A DNA stretch of 60,362 nucleotides, counting the filler, from Sphacelaria rigidula (lineage: Eukaryota): assembly GCA_964200075.2 (NCBI GenBank). It is 7 parts of 7 records of this genome, joined end to end, with 100 filler letters (N's around TTAATTAATTAA, not from the genome) between each part and the next. Parts side by side here need not be neighbours in the genome. Positions count along the whole stretch, not along the records: positions 34,554 to 43,090 come from CAXNAA020010858.1; positions 43,191 to 51,727 come from CAXNAA020010859.1; 5 more parts are not named here. One strand, given 5' to 3'. Each line of letters begins with the position of its first letter. Positions within the stretch are counted from its first letter, which is position 1. The position numbers were made by a program, and so were the translations under genes. The notes beneath the pieces are model-generated. The model saw nothing but the letters and a program-made list of their open reading frames with translations. It was not told the origin of the DNA and searched no databases. Of the stretch, positions 37,146 through 49,895 are shown one piece after another.

Positions 37146-39847
37146 TTACCTAATCAACTAATTAGTAACAAGATCTACCTGCCATCGCGGAAAATTAATA
37201 CTACGAGACGTATAAATATTCCATTTTCTCAAGAGGAGCGTAGTGGAGGATCAGAGCGTAGCGGGATCTGAGGGTTGTGGATCGGGACGAATCTTGACAA
37301 TATGCAACTTTTAGCCAGCCGGATTGCAGTCAAGTACGAATCCGATACTGCATAACCGGATTTATATTATTGTTCCGGTCGACGGAGGAAAGAGAGAAAC
37401 AGCTGTCACTTGGCTGTCATGATAATTTAGATAGAACCTACCATGGTTCGGACGAATCATTGCCGGTTCGAATAACCAAATCCACGATTTCTTAGGCCTG
37501 ATTGCTTGAAAGAGAGAAAAAAGTCGACCCCTGGTCAAACAGGTCTCCACGCAACTTTTGCGCCATTCCACGTGCCTGGGCTGCGCGTACCTGGGTTGCA
37601 ACGCTGAAAACAAAGCCTAAGGATTGATCCGTACGGTACGAATCAAGTACACTAAAATCAAGCAAATTCCAGACGAATCATCAATTCATCCGACCCTTGT
37701 TCACCTACAGACAGTGCAGCACAGTACAGTACAGTGTGCAGTACAGTACAGACCAGTACACAATCTTTCACTATTCTCAACGAAGCACCTCCGGCTTCTC
37801 CTTGGTGTTTGTAACGGACATACACACGCTACAGTGGGAGAGCACACTCAGCATACAGTACACACACTTGGCTGTAGGCTTAAAAAAGGGAAGCCAGGAG
37901 AGAGAGAGGAAGGGAGAGACAGCAACACACAGTAGAACACACAGTAGCAGCAACAACAGCGGACCCCACACGCCTCGCCTTGGGTTGCCGACGTCAAATA
38001 TGCACCAGAGGGAAGGCACCCTCAGTACACGATACACGAACTCTTGGCTGTAAACTGAGAAGAGGCGAGACAGGAAAGAAAGGAGAGAGACCAACATAGA
38101 CAGCAATGACAACAGTAGATGCGAACTCCTTCGGATTTGACGACAGCCAGGCTCACCTCCTTGTCGCTCGTCCTTAGGCTGATCTTCTGCTCGGTCCATC
38201 CTTGTTATATGACCTATCCGCTCTCCGGGAAAAACTTCACGACGTGACAACCCGATTCAAGCTCGCTCGTAGTGGGTTGATAGCGAAGAGTGAACGTCTC
38301 CACCGCCGTCGGACTCTTCGATGAGGGGAACCCGTGCGCTCGCCGTTTGTCGACATGGAAACCGAGATTAGTTCAGATCAATCGCGTGCCCGATGGCCGA
38401 TAGCTCGTTCACGTACTTAACACCCTCTTCACCTCAGCCACAGACGGCGTCGGCACGCACAAGCGAAGACAACGAAGAAAGCAGCAATGGAACTGAACCG
38501 TCTTGAGGGTGTTGAAAGTGATTCAGAGAGACGGTTGCTGCGTGTGATGCCTCCAACCTCCAAAAGTGCCTCGACTGAAGTTACGACAGTCAAGTCTGAG
38601 AAGTTCAATCAAGACTTGAGAGGGGTCGAATTGGGGGGTGTTCTCGAGTGCGCCCAGAGAAGAAGCGAAACACAACGTCATGAGCACCAATGAAGCTGAA
38701 ACTTGTTGAGGGCGTCTTGATTGATGGTAGAAGAGCGATGGAATGTTTTTTTCGCGCAGCGCGGCTTCGAATTGATTCGGGAAAATAAAGTGCGTGGTTC
38801 AGAGCCTCGTAATGAGGTCCGGGCGGATGGGACACTTTTTTATTTGAATTCGGCATCAGTAGAAGCCTTTTCAGCCCCAGACGCCTCAAAGGAACCTGAA
38901 AACTGATTATTGCTCTCAACTCTCGAGAAAAAAATCTTTGAAAACCGGCATAATCATTTTTTCATGCTCTGTTGATTGTCCATAGCAAATTTCAGGGTCC
39001 AACTCCAAGTAAAAAATCGCGAATCCGCATGTTGAAAGCCGTGCCGGTGGAAAATTCGGAACAATATTTTGCAGGCCATTTACCGGCCCACGTTTGGTGC
39101 TTGAGTGTTGTGCGGGACCTCGCTAGGTCCTGATGAACCACGAAAAATGGATCAGGTTGGTTTTGATTGATTTATTTCGCTGGTTTAGGACGTTTAAATA
39201 TGGTGAAGACCATTTTCTTACGAGAACGCCCGAACCTATCCCAAAAAATCAAGGCTCATTTTTTCTTTTATTCAGCATACCTCTATGGTTCTCCATGCTA
39301 AGTTTCAAATCACAACTCTAGAAATTGAGCTGGAAAGTCGAGATAAGGCCTAAGAGCAGTGTTCATTTCTCCTCAAAAACTCCCCTAAAAGCACAAAACC
39401 CCCCCGTAAAAAATGAAAAAAAAATGTAATGAGCTTTTTACAGCTTTATAATGCAGAAGCGGTTCTCCATACGAAATTTCATAGCACAACTCTCAAAAAC
39501 TGAGACGCGATATCCGTATTTAGGGCATTTAGTGCCTCTGCTCCTAATATGTTGATGTTAGTATGGAACCTTATGTGCGTCATATCTCGAGATGGATTAC
39601 GAATGAGGTGAAGGTGAGGGTATCTATCGTCTCCCTGTGCTCTAGGGAAGGTCTACACCAAAAATCGTCACCATCCACTGAATGTATCGTTCGGGGTTCC
39701 ATATAGATTCAAGTGTGGACGCTATCTCCGTACGGTATAGGAATTACTGGACATGAAGTTTAATCAACGAGAAAATGTTGGCCCAAATTTTTGAGCAGAT
39801 GGACATCTTCCCCCTGATTAGGCAATTAATACGATATGTGGATCACG

Positions 39848-39913
39848 GCTCGTCTGTGTCGATGAGATATTGCCTTGAAAGGTTAAATCCTTCATTAGGC
39901 TGGCACAGCTCGT
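39848..39913 (+). mobile_element. Helitron-like 3' end
   Basis: ...TTAAATCCTTCATTAGGCTGGCACAGCTCG|T. Confidence 0.5.
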
Positions 39914-39959
39914 AGCACTCTCGTGAGCACCACCGATGCAATAGAGTACGCTCTCGTGA

Positions 39960-41806
39960 TTGCCTCTACGACACTACAGTACCTCTTGGTCTTGCTTGCT
40001 TGCTTCGGCACGTATAAGATGCTATTTCTCACGGCAAGGGCGCAAGCAACGGACTCACCACCGGCGGCGCGTAATCAAGCGCACCAAGCAGAAATTGTTG
40101 CGACTTCTGGCTAAGCGCCAGTACATGAAGGCGGAGCTGTCTCTCCTGCAACGTGCATCGATTCCACTGTCGATGCACGTGGGGATCGCTCTACTTTCGG
40201 GATATATTCCCCAGTGCACGGACAACATACGCCGCATGCGGCGAAACCTTAAGGTTGAGCAGTAGGGTTGCATATCGGACCGAGAATAAAGTTCGATATA
40301 TATTCTTAGAATATCGAACCACAACCGCCGATGCCGATATTTTTGTCGATATTCCGAAAATGACAAGATACATATCGAGTACGAGTATCGATATTGGATA
40401 CGATACGGCTGTTTTGGTATGGCCGCAGTGTACAAGACCGAGCAGTACACTGACACACTGACACCCTCACTCACTATTGTAGGTCGCATAAGATACCACA
40501 TTCCCTAGACAGGTTTCAAAGCTCACTTCTCACCAGATGCGATGCTAGGGCTGAACTGGGCGGCGTTGCAACCATCTCGTCTAGAGGAAGTAATCGAGCT
40601 TTTTGAAAATCGCTCCTGAGGGTGTGGTATCTCAAGCAACCTACGGTAGTTTCCAGTGGACAGCAGTGGACTCATGATGTACAGCAGCAGGTAGTGTGCA
40701 AATTGACATCGTAGCAGCGGCGGCATGCGGCGATACAGCTGTCTTACGAATATCTTTCGTCATCGTGCAAAAGGTAGTTGATCACAGCGGGCCGGGTGTG
40801 GGATTGGTTATACTGATTTCATTTCTACGGCCACTATTCCGTGTGTTGCGATCGAATGAGCGCATACATCGATTCTGCACGTTCATTGAAAGAGAAAACG
40901 TGTCAAACCTCGAACATGCACAAACTCAAATGCGCGCTCTTTTTTTTCAACGTTTTTCACCACCAATAACAGGAAACGTCAGCAGCATGCGTCAAGTTTT
41001 AATTCTTGGATGCCAAAAAATAAATTTTTGTATGTCACCAACCAAGAAGAAAACACCATTGAGCTTGCAACAATTAGAATGTTCAGACTAATGGAGGGAA
41101 AAATAAATCCAACATTCGTCAACCATGAAGGAATGGCGAAGCGACAGCACCATATCCTCATACTCCGGAGGACAGCTGTTTGCTACTGTTATCTGCAGCT
41201 TTGCATCGATCGTGATATCATATCTACTCCGCCACGCCACCCGTGTGTAGCCGTTGGTAAACACCCCCGCTGAATCATATCCCCAAGCCCACGAGGCAGC
41301 AGCGGTTACTCTGTCGCCTCCTATCCTACGAATAGATAATGCATCCACTTACACACCGTGCAACCGCTTTACAGCTATACTCGCAAGCGCTGTTCAACTG
41401 GGGGTCTGCCGTTCGAGAAATACCACTCCTCGTACGTTTCCTGTGACGACGGTTTCGAGAAATTGATCTAATGTGATGAAAAAGGGGCCAAATATCAAGG
41501 GTATCGATATTCGATATTGATATTCCATATTGATACATATCACAAATATCGGTTTCCTACGTTCCGATACCGATGTGGCGTATCGTCGATATTTACCGAA
41601 ATCGCATCGATTATCGATAGCCGATGTTCAACCCTGTTGTGCAGAAAAGTCGATTGAGACGGAAACGTCAGGTTGTTGCTAGTCAAAAGGCAAGCCACAG
41701 GGTGGCACGGACTGTTTCGGGTCTAGAAGCCCAGGTGGGATATATGAGCAATAGAGTAGAACATCTAGAGAGGGAGTCGGCCGCGAAGGGTCGACTCATC
41801 GGATAA
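39960..41806 (+). pseudogene. Basic coiled-coil ORF split by a hAT-like insertion
   Basis: Removing 40263-41644 joins ...RRNLKVEQ in frame to KSRLRRKRQVVASQKASHRVARTVSGLEAQVGYMSNRVEHLERES. Confidence 0.55.
40263..41636. mobile_element. hAT-like non-autonomous transposon, 8-bp TSD
   Basis: TIR TAGGGTTGCATATCGG / CCGATGTTCAACCCTG; TSD TTGAGCAG / TTGTGCAG; ATCGAT-rich subterminal arrays at both ends. Confidence 0.88.
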
Positions 41807-41889
41807 TCTACCGCCGCCGCCGCCGCCGCCGCCGCTCGGAACGATAGCAACGCGGCCAGCGACAGGATCTGCCATCCTGGGAGCCGTCT

Positions 41890-43090
41890 TCCTGTCTCGA
41901 ACCCTGTCCGTCACAGGGTTGTCGCTTGCTTGCTACATGGGAAGATCGGCTGCAGCGCTGGTAGTGGCAATGGCGGTCACATCCTCAGTGACATCGGCGG
42001 TTTGAGCCGTGGTAGCGCCAAGGGTAGTTGCTCGGAGAGCGAATTCAGCGACGGCTTTCCTGATCTCGTGTGCGGTCGCGGTGATCGCGGCAGCAGCTCG
42101 ATGGGTACCGTTGTGAACGGTTGTGGCAGTTGCGGTGGTTGTGGCCCCAGCAGTCATCTGGGCCATGTCCCCGCCTTGGCCGTCCGTGTTCGTCACAGCC
42201 GCTACTTGAAGTCTTAGCCTCATGGAAGCTTCGGCGAGCGCCTCGCTGAAGTTTATATGAGGCCTACATTTGAAGCAGCGGCTGTGATGACTGCCGGCGC
42301 CACAACGACCGCAACTGCCACAATCGTTCACCACGGTACCCATCGAGCGCGGTGGTTGTGGCGCCGGCAGTCATCTGGGCCGTGTTCCCTTCTTGGCCGT
42401 CTGTGTTCATCACAGCCACTACTTCAGGCGCTGGCCGCGCTCGCCGAAGCTTTTATGAGGCTAACACTTGAAGTAGCGGCTGTGATGAACACGGGCGGCC
42501 AAGAAGGGAACATAGCACAGCCGGCCGAGGAAGCGGTGGCATCATCTGTGGTGATGGCAAGAATCGGTTGGCAAAGAACATCCTTCACACTCGTGAGCTC
42601 TGCGATAACTCTATCTTTTTCCCTGATGTGCGCCTTGACTCGGCCTATGACTGCCTTCGCCTCGCCTTTCTTCTCCTGAGCAGCGGCGGTAGTCCCAGCG
42701 GCAGTGACGGCAGCATCTTTCTCACTCTGGAGCTGTGCAATAGTGGTTGGTTGTTCCCTGTTTCTCCTGTCTCGAACCCTGTCTGACACAGGGTTGTCCC
42801 TTGCCTACTGCATGGGAAGATCGGCTGCAGCGCTGGTAGTGGCAATGGTGGTAACCTCCTCAGTGACATCGGCGGTTTGAGCCGTGGTAGCACCAAGGGC
42901 AGTGGCTCGGAGAACGAGTTCAGCGACGGCTTTCCTGATCTCGTGTGCGGTCGCGGTGATTGCGGCAGCAGCTCGATGGGTACCGTTGTGAACGGTTGTG
43001 GCAGTTGCGGTGGATGTGGCGCCGGCAGTCATCTGGGCCATGTCCCCGCCTTGGCCGTCCGAATTCATCAAGGAACACGGACGGCCAAGG
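41890..43090 (-). repeat. Patchwork of direct and inverted duplications of an Ala/Thr-rich, coiled-coil coding-like sequence
   Basis: 41890-42190 repeats directly at 42765-43061; 42096-42158 is inverted at 42285-42348; 42175-42241 is inverted at 42437-42504. Confidence 0.85.
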
Positions 43091-43544
43091 NNNNNNNNNN
43101 NNNNNNNNNNNNNNNNNNNNNNNNNNNNNNNNNNTTAATTAATTAANNNNNNNNNNNNNNNNNNNNNNNNNNNNNNNNNNNNNNNNNNNNAGTATACCCA
43201 GGGAAAAACTTCAACAATCATGATTCGCTGGAGGCCGCGGCGGGTTCAGGGATCTGAGGCCCCGGGCTCGGGTCTGAAGGGGGCGGGCTGCTGCTGCTAG
43301 TGACATACTGGTCCATCGATTTTGTGGTCTCCCTCTTGTGTGTGTGTGCCCTGTTCTCAACCTCTCTCCTCTCCTGTCTCTCATGCGGCGCAGTTTCGGT
43401 GGGTTTCCATGTGGTTTAGAAGGCATAATATAGGACGTACGTTAGATGGGTATGTACTGGCTGTACTGGCAGCCTTTGACGCAGTACAGGAATACTGCCA
43501 GTACAGGAATACTGTCAGTAGATACTGGTCCAGTCCCCAACCCT

Positions 43545-46440
43545 ATGAAATACGTGGCGGTATCAGGCACCCACACACGCGGCACCCACACACGCGGCAC
43601 CCCCAAAGTTTCGCACCAATTCAGCAAAGATGCAGCGGTCGATTCAGCGGTACACACTGCTACTGGTTCCAGAGCCACAACGTTGCTCAAATTATCCATG
43701 ATTAACGACATGTACCGAAACCCAGCATCCTCCGACAAACCTTGGGAAGCTAGCGGGCCACTCTCGCCAACGTACAAGAAGTCAAAATGAACGACTTCAT
43801 CCGGCGTGGTCCCATGGACCGTTTCGCCTAGCGGGCGGGGAACAACATCGCCCGCCCTCGAGTCAGCACAGTGAAGACACTGGCGGAAAAAATCGCGCTC
43901 ATGATTTTTTATCCCTTGCCAGACACAGAACTCTTGCAAGCGCACGGGCGTCGCAGCCACACCACGATGCCCGGCGTCGCGCATGTGCGCGCAAAGCATC
44001 AGACGTACCTGCAACTGCTTGTCAGGACTCGGAATCCACAAAACGTTTCGGCCACGCACATGCACGCGAAACAGACCTTCGTTGTCCAAGATAGTAGCAA
44101 CGTCCGACTCGAAAGATTGCACATCCGCATCTTCAGCCCCACGGTCTTTTCGTTGCGCTTGGCGGACAATAGATTTGGACGGTATCGATTCATCAGGTTC
44201 ACACGGACCATACACAGCCACAGCGCGCACAGGCATTTGAATTTCAACAGTAGGCACCTGCATGACCAAACTACCCCAATCGCACTCAGATGCATCCGGA
44301 AACATAAACACCTGACAATCAGGACAAGGATGGGACAGCGTCACAGCATGAGCCACCAGATCCTTCGCTGCCGCCCACGCCTGCAGCCTGCCCTCCGTCC
44401 ACGATGCAGTCTTCTTCGGAAACGCCATATCTGGACTGGACCACCCCGCCTGCAAATTCCGTAACACCAACTCGAGCGCCGAAAGAACGGCCATGCACAA
44501 CGCTAACCAACTCGACTTTACTGGATCGTACCGCCGTGGCTTCGTCTTTGCCGCGGATGGGCTCCTAGCGCGCAGGGGCATCACCCCGCAGCGCACGACG
44601 AAACGCGTTGACGCGGCGATGCAATGTGCCGTGCAGGCGCTCCGCTTTGGGGACGCTGAGGCCTTCCGCCACAGCATCCGTCACACTCTCCTCCAGCGCG
44701 ACCTCCCGAGCGGACTCTTCTCCCGCCGGGTCCATGAACATATCCGGGCCGCGCTCTACTAAGCGTTCCACCGCCGCATCCCGCTCCTCGGTCACTTGCC
44801 CCCCAGCCTTCTGAAGAGCATCCACCGACAAGCTCACGCGACGACTGCCCAAAAAGGCGGTCGTCTCCACGTGCGAACCAGGCGGAGACATCCGCGTCTT
44901 GATGGAGCCCTCCAACCGCCCATACGGGTCGACTCCTAGATCCTGTAGCGTCAGCAGCCCCAGAAGAACAACGCCATCCGACCCCGGCATAATCGCAAAC
45001 GAGATCGGAGGCAACGGCGCCAGCACCCAAGCAGTCTTGAAGGCTAGCTGCAACGGAACGGTACGCTCTGTGACTGAAACATGCTGACCCGACGCGGTGA
45101 CTGCCTACAGCACCCCGACCGAAAACGGGATGCGCAGCGGCACACCCGGGAGTCGAAGCTCCAGCATCTTAACCATTTGCATCGGCAGACTTGTGAAATG
45201 GGCGCCAGAATCCAACACAGACCGAACCACAATGGCTCCACGCTGCCGTTGATTCGGAAGACATAACTCCGGCGGAATGTATCTGTCGGCAAGCTTCACG
45301 GGAACTTCTTCCACTGACCCATGCGCCGCTAATCGCACTTGACGCCACGGCTGCGCAAGCTGCGCAAGCTACGCAGGCGAAGACGCCCCGAAAGGTTCAA
45401 ACGGCACCACCGGCGGGAACGCCCACCAGCCAGCAAACCAAAATTTTGGCGACGCTCCGACTAGCACGTCAGCAGGCGTCGCGCCTGGCGCTGCTGCCGG
45501 TGTCGCCGCTGGCGCCACCACCGGCGCCGACGCAGTGTTCGACTCTGTAGAAGTCGGGCCCACCTGCACCACCCGTTGCGGAGCAGCAGCACCTACGGCG
45601 GCGCCAGACCCAGAGCCAGGTCCATGCCGACGCCGCTGCCCCTGCTGGTGGTGGTTCTGCTGCTGCCGCTGCTGCTGCTGCTGCTGCTGAGGACTCGCCT
45701 GCGATCCTTCACCGCCGGAGGATCCGCCGCCGCCACCACGATCACCTCATCTTTTGCCCTTGTGCTGACGATGCTGATGGCGTGCGGCACTAGACTGCCC
45801 AGACTCTCCACCGGAAGACGTTGGGCAATCGCGCGCGTAATGGCCGACCTGTTCACAACGGTGGCACGTGATACTCGCGGCGCGACCGGCCGATTTCGAG
45901 CCATGGTTGCGCAAAGATTTCGGCGAAGAGGTGGTCGACTGGCCGAACACCTCTATTTGCCGCCACTCCTTGGCCTCGGCCACGACGGTGCGCATCGCCA
46001 AGTATGGGTCGGCCTTACAGTCTTGATAAGCACGGCTTGCTTGAATTTTTCCGGTGCTAACCCCTCCACCAAGGCCTCAGTGATTACTGTTGCCGGGCCG
46101 GGAATGAACTCACCATCGGGGAAACGATATACTAGTTCCACGTTCAGATTTCCCATGAAGTACTTCTCCAAATCGGCCAAGATGGGCTCCACCCGCTCCA
46201 ACACCGTTTTCCCCCGAGAATCCATTGCGACAGCTTTCGCCATGACCGCGGACGCCTCGGTCAGATCTACCTCGGCGCCCGCCGCATGCCCAGTATGCTT
46301 TTTGATCGCCGCAACCAATTACGGTGAGGTGATAGTGCTCTCATTATGTTCCAAACGAGCGAACACTCTCTGTACAGGAGTTGGCACTTGTTGAGCCATT
46401 GTCACCACCTGATGCCGTACGGCACCCCGTGCCTTAGCAT
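43545..46440 (-). mobile_element. Ty3/gypsy retrotransposon relic (gag with CCHC knuckle, protease, RT mostly deleted, RNase H start, integrase)
   Basis: CHRCEQVGHYARDC; VLDSGAHFTSL; VLLGLLTLQDLGVD; KPRRYDP; FMFPDASECDWG; HHCC (AH...GHRG...CLHC); VVHFDFLYV...IMDNLS...LGVPRVWVPD. RH-before-INT order is gypsy. Confidence 0.95.
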
Positions 46441-46889
46441 GCTCCACACGCTTCTTGTATTCCAAATACCTCGTGTAAAAAGTGTGAGATGCACTCTCTG
46501 AGTACCTGTCCCCGTATTGGGGAGGTCACAACTCTTCCCGCATGACCACGGGTGTCATGGTGGACGTATCTCGTGAGCCGGTAGTCATAGCTGTAGCTGT
46601 AACCGGCTATTTGCGAACCTTTGCACGCCAGTGGACCTCCGCGAATTGCACTTTCCTTGCTTCGTCGCCTTACCACACAGTCGTGGGAGCCTCCAAACTC
46701 CCGCTGCACGCAGCTTCAGCAAGTCTCCAGTCTGGATCAATCAAAGGCCAGCCGCGTTACTGCAGCCTCCTCAGCTGGAACCCTCTCCACGCGTCCGTGG
46801 GCCATCAAGTTTTCACAGCTACAAGACTCCTTCCGCCGAATTCCTTTCCAGCAGGTTTCTAGCACTAACACTGGCACTGATATCGATAT

Positions 46890-47136
46890 TGTGACGCCAG
46901 CCAGTGGAAGAACTGCTGAGTCACTGCTGTTGACGGACTCCCCAGTCCTACTGGCCTCAGTTTCAGTTGTCAGCCTTGACAACATCTCATATCATCGAAG
47001 CGACCTTCCAAGGCACCCACCTAGACACGCCAGGGTATCAACCTAGTGCCCCCGGTGATTATCGATATCATCACTACCAACGGTCATCATCCATATCATC
47101 ACTACCAACTCAACGTAACGGCGTATTTCCGTCACA
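46890..47136. mobile_element. LTR-like repeat upstream of gypsy gag
   Basis: TGTGACG...CGTCACA inverted ends; homologous to 7843-8090; no PBS or TSD recognised. Confidence 0.65.
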
Positions 47137-49287
47137 GCACGCAGGAGTCAAAGGCCGCCTCCGCCGCTGTAATGGCTGCCTGTATCTTGGGCGACAATGT
47201 ATGGTAACACAGCCGCGGCTGGTGCGCCCACATATACCGAAAGGTGGAGACCGGCGTCCAGACTAGATGGGACGACAACACACTGACTTTGCGCAGTACA
47301 CTTTCAACAACGTGTTCAAACTAACTGTAGATATATTTTGTCCACGGTTGGGTACATTTCCATATATAATGCAGGGTCTGGTACATCTCGACTTATAACG
47401 GAGGGTCTGGTATATTTTCACCTGTACATGTGTGTGATATCGAGAAAAAATCCGCAACATCTGGGCGAACTGCAGATCAGGCAATCGCCGAAATATTCAC
47501 CTGCAAACTCTGCTCCAGTGCACTGTAAGTTGATATCGCTAGAAGGACAAAACCATAGTCACCTTGCCGGCTCCCAGACTGTCGCAGACAATCAGGACGT
47601 AGGATCTGCTCGCATTGCTACTGTCTCTACGGGGGTATGTTGCCCCCTTGACAGGTACATTCTGGAGCATGACACCAGACGAACTTTATCCTTCCTTGCA
47701 CATGGACACCAAACGCTGGGGGTCCTCACTCAAGACTTCGAGCTGGATGATGATACCACGTAGGCAGCGGCAACTGCTGGGTGTCCAGGTGCTCCTTAAA
47801 GCAGGATGCGTTTAGTGTCTGTTTGACAAAGTTATCCCCCAAAACCCCGAAATCAATGGGGGTTTCAAAGTGGAAAAAATCAGCAAGAAAAATATCGCGA
47901 GAATCGGGTCGCCAAAATCCTGTCGCAAAAACGGAGTTGCAAAATGCCGGTTAGTCGAGTTTTCCCGCAGCAGAAACCAAACTCATTTTGTGAAATTGCA
48001 ACTCATGTTTTTTTCCGATATGATACCTTCGTCTCCTTTTTTCGTGCATTGCCCGACGTGGGCGAACGGCCGAAACGAAGCCAGTCGGCCCGAAAATGGC
48101 CGCATTTCGCGCCCTATTTCGGGGGGGGGCTTGAAAAATGAACGATTCTGCTTGTTGAGCGTCAGAAGCAGCGCGGCCTTTGTTGGAATAAGAAGCGACG
48201 GCCATCCACTCCGATGTTTGCTTTATACGTGGAGCTCCTCGGTATCGTCCATCTGAACTTTGCAGCCTTCCCGTACGAGTGGTTTTGTCCGGTACTGGGG
48301 ACCAACCTCGTTCGCTCGGTGTGCGGACCTAGAATGCCCTTTGGCGCCCTCGAGTTGCCTGGCGGAATGTCCAGCGCTATTCCACCGCCACAGCATGACG
48401 GCGACCCAACGATTCTTTGGCGCCCCGTTCACGACGTCGGAGGGGTCTGCACGGGAGAGTCCATCGTGGTTATGGTAGGTAGAGGGCAATTGAACGTAAA
48501 AAACTCGAATAATGAGAGTCTCTAGAAATGATCAGTAATCATGACTCCCATTTTCCACTTGTCCCTCGAGTATCTCCATAAGTCCATTTTCTTAATGAAC
48601 CTAACTGCAGCTATCGTCGGCGCCTCCATTGAGGAGATATGATTTGCACGTCACAACCGACTTGATTCATGGGGCAGAGGAAGTGCATGTACCTCAAAAT
48701 GCAGAGTTGACGTGCTCGAAACGAAAGCTACTGGTTTCAAATCGTGAAACGAATCTGCCGGTTCACCTTTGTACGACGTCAACTTACCCCCAAAACAATC
48801 TGCAGAATGAACATCGAAAAACCGCGAGCGTCGCACGCGGACACAGCCCTCTTCTACTTTCAACAGCTACGGCCATGTACCTGTACATGAGTACAGTGAG
48901 AAATATCGGTTTTCTGTACAGGACGATGGCCCGATAATTTTCACGATGCACCAATACCCGAACCTTCTTCTTCCTCATGAAGCACCGAAATCCGAGAAAA
49001 ATAAACACTATTATTGATACTAGGAAAATAAAACGGTGACAGGTACTAAATACATTCATCTTTCGTACAGTAGATCCCCCCCCCCCTCCCCCCATACACT
49101 GAAAAACACGAAAACACACACACGAACCGAACGGCAGAATAAAACCAAAGACAAAATAATCAGTCCAGCAAAAGCAAGAACTGAACAAAAGAAGACAAAA
49201 TACTCTAGATAACCAACGAAATATGTATATATATATATTATATATATACACACTTCTGTGTATTCACCACCATCGATCATCACCAAT

Positions 49288-49895
49288 TTATCTGTGCTTC
49301 CTCTTCATAGCCATGGAGCTAGCATCCCTGCTCTCAGGCGTGTTTCGGCCACCGACCTGGCTGTTCTTGCTCGGCCGCCCGGGCGGACGTGGTGACATAG
49401 ACGGTCTACCACCAAGGCGCTGCTCTTTGGGGGAAGATGGTTTGATCGAAGGCGAGCTGCCACTGCCGCCACCGCCGCTGGCGTCCCTGCCCTTGTTAAG
49501 CCTGGGGCGACCTCGGGGTGCGGGGGTCCTCTCGCCCTGCTGCTCCTCTCGTTTCTTTTGGGTGCGACCGTCCCTCTCTTTTTTCTTGTGGGCGTCCGTT
49601 TCTTTCTTTTGGCTGTTATCGCTATCCTTATCCCTTCTGTAACTACTGCTTCCGCCGCCACTGTTGTTGCTGTCGCCGCTGTTGCCGTTGCTGTTGTTGT
49701 TGCTCTTTTGCCTCTTGCTGCTGCTGCTGCTGCCATCCTTGTCCCTGTCTTTCTTCTCTTCGATTTCTTTGGAGGCAGGGGACGTCACAGACCCCAGTGA
49801 AAACAGCCGCTCTTCTGGTTGGATGACTCGTGGTGCTTGCATCTCCATCATTCCTGCTGGCATTATGGGTAATGATGGTGGTGCTTCGTCGTCGT
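49288..49895 (-). CDS. Probable terminal exon of a low-complexity, basic, nuclear-type protein with an AT-hook-like PRGRPR
   Basis: Acceptor CACCACCAG, ~200 open codons, Ser/Gly/Lys-rich, ends MKRKHR-stop. Confidence 0.7.

Noticed and set aside
39113..39150. Hammerhead ribozyme (CTGATGA...GAAA)
   Set aside because: Only 5 nt lie between the core motifs and I could not form stem II or a stem III/cleavage triplet.
45576..46394. 272-aa plus-strand ORF
   Set aside because: Antisense shadow of the GC-rich gypsy gag.
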